Below, one piece after another: positions 42,166-43,663 of a stretch of DNA of 43,663 nucleotides (positions are counted from its first letter, which is position 1; every line of letters begins with the position of its first letter). Origin of the DNA: a phage; the sequence record PZ445529.1, one strand, 5' to 3'. The translations under genes and the position numbers were made by a program. Under the pieces are notes generated by a model, which had not been told where the DNA came from, made no database searches, and saw nothing but the letters and a program-made list of their open reading frames with translations.

Positions 42166-42200
42166 AAAAAAGTCCCAGTAAGTTTTAGCTCACTGGGACT
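42166..42200 (-). terminator. intrinsic terminator (9-bp stem, 12-nt loop, TTTTTT) abutting the holin start codon
   Basis: Minus strand agtcccagt-gagctaaaactt-actgggact-tttttt-ATG. Confidence 0.6.
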
Positions 42201-42217
42201 ATATCACGCTTGCGTAA

Positions 42218-42391
42218 TTAATCGAAAATGGACCACTTACCGACGCCTTTCCATTCCCACCCTTCCGATCGGACGGCCTCGAACATCCTGCCCCCTATCA
42301 TATCCCGATACCATAGCCACCACATGCGCAACCTGGTAGGGTGCTCCGTGATACCACGGCGCTTGTATACCTCGAACGTCATGCGGGCCAT
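42218..42391 (-). CDS. hypothetical small protein (57 aa)
   Basis: ATG-initiated ORF overlapping upstream ORF end; no clear RBS. Confidence 0.3.
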   Translation of the reverse strand: MARMTFEVYKRRGITEHPTRLRMWWLWYRDMIGGRMFEAVRSEGWEWKGVGKWSIFD

Positions 42392-42480
42392 ACGACGAAC
42401 ATCAGGATGCCAAACAGCACCGCGGTAAGCAGGCACAGCCCGCAGATCAAACCAAACCAATAAATCACATCATGAATCAT
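42379..42480 (-). CDS. small hydrophobic peptide (33 aa)
   Basis: Hand-translated MIHDVIYWFGLICGLCLLTAVLFGILMFVVWPA; overlaps neighbours by about 12 nt. Confidence 0.3.
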   Translation of the reverse strand: MIHDVIYWFGLICGLCLLTAVLFGILMFVVWPA

Positions 42481-42595
42481 AATCTGCCCCATAGGTATTT
42501 AGCCAGACTACCGCGAAGACGTATAGCATCGAATTGCCCCTACCGCCTATCTCAAAGCGGTTGTGCATCAGCATATCACGGATAGCCACACTCAT
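42470..42595 (-). CDS. hypothetical small protein (41 aa)
   Basis: Hand-translated ORF; stop overlaps next start. Confidence 0.25.
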   Translation of the reverse strand: MSVAIRDMLMHNRFEIGGRGNSMLYVFAVVWLNTYGADYDS

Positions 42596-42626
42596 TTCAG
42601 AATCACCGAGCGCGGGTCAATGGCGT

Positions 42627-42818
42627 TCATGCTGCCGTCACGGCATCAAAGCGATTGACTATCTCATGCGTGACAATATCGTATTTCTCCGGCAGCTTTG
42701 CCTTACTCGCCCACCAGACACGATCGCTTGCGGCGTGGTGCAAGCGGACGTGTGCCGCAAGGGTCTGTATTGGCCTCAGGATTTTGCCATCTGCTTTACG
42801 GCGGAATAGTAATTTCAT
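42627..42818 (-). CDS. hypothetical protein (63 aa)
   Basis: ORF; start overlaps upstream stop. Confidence 0.45.
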   Translation of the reverse strand: MKLLFRRKADGKILRPIQTLAAHVRLHHAASDRVWWASKAKLPEKYDIVTHEIVNRFDAVTAA

Positions 42819-43084
42819 TTGCTCAGTCTCCAGTGTTTGCCTACCCGCTCAACGGCGGGCTTCCGGCGTAATGTAATACGGATCCCCATTGGTTGCAAGG
42901 AGGTCCGCACCCTGAAATCGTGTTGTGCTGCGAACTGGTGCAAGTAGCGAGTCTGCGTCAACGGCTTTACGTCGTCGCGATAGCACCAGAATACAGATTC
43001 ACCCTCAACCGCATTCTCAGCCCATATTCGTATGCAATGCAGGGGAATATGCCACGAAAGCTGTTTGGCGCGCCTACGGCTCAT
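42815..43084 (-). CDS. hypothetical basic protein (89 aa)
   Basis: ORF 10 nt after upstream stop. Confidence 0.45.
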   Translation of the reverse strand: MSRRRAKQLSWHIPLHCIRIWAENAVEGESVFWCYRDDVKPLTQTRYLHQFAAQHDFRVRTSLQPMGIRITLRRKPAVERVGKHWRLSK

Positions 43085-43093
43085 TTTGGCCCC

Positions 43094-43399
43094 TTATTTC
43101 GCAAGCTGGGCGAATAGTTCGCGCTGGGCTTTAATCCGGGCGACGTTTGTCACTGCCGTCTCACCGATCCCGAAGCGATACGCCAGGCGCTCACGGGCAA
43201 ATGCCTTGGCATATTCGTGAATTGCCATACGCAACGGCTTCAGGTCATCCAGGCTGGCGTCCATGCGGTAGAGCGCGTCACGAATTGATTGGTGCGCCAG
43301 TACCGCAATCTGCAGCGCCTGGTCTACGTTGCCGTTCAGTGCTTTCGCTTCTTCCAGCTTTGCCACGGCCAGGGTGTAATTCCAGATAATTGCTTTCAT
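43094..43399 (-). CDS. hypothetical protein (101 aa), first gene of the minus-strand operon leading into the lysis cassette
   Basis: ATG with RBS AGGA; promoter immediately upstream. Confidence 0.5.
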   Translation of the reverse strand: MKAIIWNYTLAVAKLEEAKALNGNVDQALQIAVLAHQSIRDALYRMDASLDDLKPLRMAIHEYAKAFARERLAYRFGIGETAVTNVARIKAQRELFAQLAK

Positions 43400-43427
43400 T
43401 GTTCAGTCCTCATGTTGGTGTGCAACC

Positions 43428-43456
43428 AATATAGCAAGGTGCCAGGCCGGATGCAA
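43428..43456 (-). promoter_or_regulatory. sigma70-like promoter (-35 TTGCAT, 17-bp spacer, -10 TATATT) with two ATTGGTTGCA copies
   Basis: Reverse complement gives ttgcat-ccggcctggcaccttgc-tatatt; shares an identical 21-mer with the promoter at 33388-33416. Confidence 0.55.
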
Positions 43457-43539
43457 CCAATATTAATCACGCGCATGAAAAAGTTGATCGCTATCTGCTG
43501 AGACTGCAAACCGCATTTTTCACTCAACATAATACAACC

Positions 43540-43552
43540 CGCATTGGTTGCC
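43540..43552. repeat. forward copy of CGCATTGGTTGCC motif
   Basis: Exact match to the reverse complement of 160-172 and 195-207. Confidence 0.8.
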
Positions 43553-43615
43553 TAGTTCCGCGACGACCGCAATCCGCAACATGCTGCCGTGTATTTTGCA
43601 ATCCAGGATTTTATG

Positions 43616-43663
43616 CAGTCTCAGACGAGGGGGGCCACTGACCCCCGTCTAGTCTGAAAGACT
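43616..43663. repeat. 5' part of copy A of the 169-bp element (imperfect GC-rich palindrome cagtctcagacgaggggggccactgacccccgtctagtctgaaagact)
   Basis: 43616-43663 is identical to 27619-27666; window end joins window start seamlessly as in copy B. Confidence 0.9.

Noticed and set aside
42893-43117. Plus-strand ORF following a TTGGTTGCA motif copy at 42886-42897
   Set aside because: No suitable -10 element or RBS; lies antisense inside the minus-strand small-gene operon.
43428-43456. Possible sigma54-type promoter suggested by CTGGCAC near TTGC
   Set aside because: Spacing between the GG and GC elements does not fit the -24/-12 rule; the region fits a sigma70 TTGCAT-17-TATATT promoter.
1-43663. 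tRNA genes, integrase/attP and lysogeny repressor
   Set aside because: No cloverleaf-like sequence in the intergenic regions examined by eye and no recombinase or CI-like ORF among the translations; a tRNA scan program should confirm the tRNA negative.

Overview
The window reads as a complete, self-closing genome of a tailed dsDNA phage (siphovirus-like, with a lambda-type tail-tip module), about 43.7 kb, with no integrase or obvious CI-type repressor. All calls are from reading the sequence and ORF translations by eye; no database search or folding was run. Layout: (i) a minus-strand HTH regulator + primase/helicase operon (216-2820); (ii) a plus-strand early/replication block (3222-15794) with a Cas4/RecB-like exonuclease, a putative SSB, family-A DNA polymerase, VRR-NUC nuclease, SNF2 helicase, a frame-disrupted C5-methyltransferase-like gene, an HNH-like gene, a Dam-type methyltransferase, a HAD hydrolase and several unknowns; (iii) one long minus-strand block (43399 down to 15821) running small unknown genes, holin/endolysin, an Ig-like protein, an HTH-metallophosphoesterase fusion, terminase, portal, head genes, displaced Rz/Rz1 spanins, tail chaperones G/GT, tape measure, M-L-K-I-J tail tip and an S74-chaperone tail fibre. 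Two plus-strand morons sit inside the late block: a 254-aa unknown protein (33446-34210) and a 73-aa lipoprotein (17470-17688). The most unusual signals are a 169-bp iteron-bearing element present twice (27619-27787 and across the window junction), a recurring TTGGTTGCA promoter/operator motif, and an intrinsic terminator abutting the holin start codon. No tRNA, rRNA or CRISPR array was seen.
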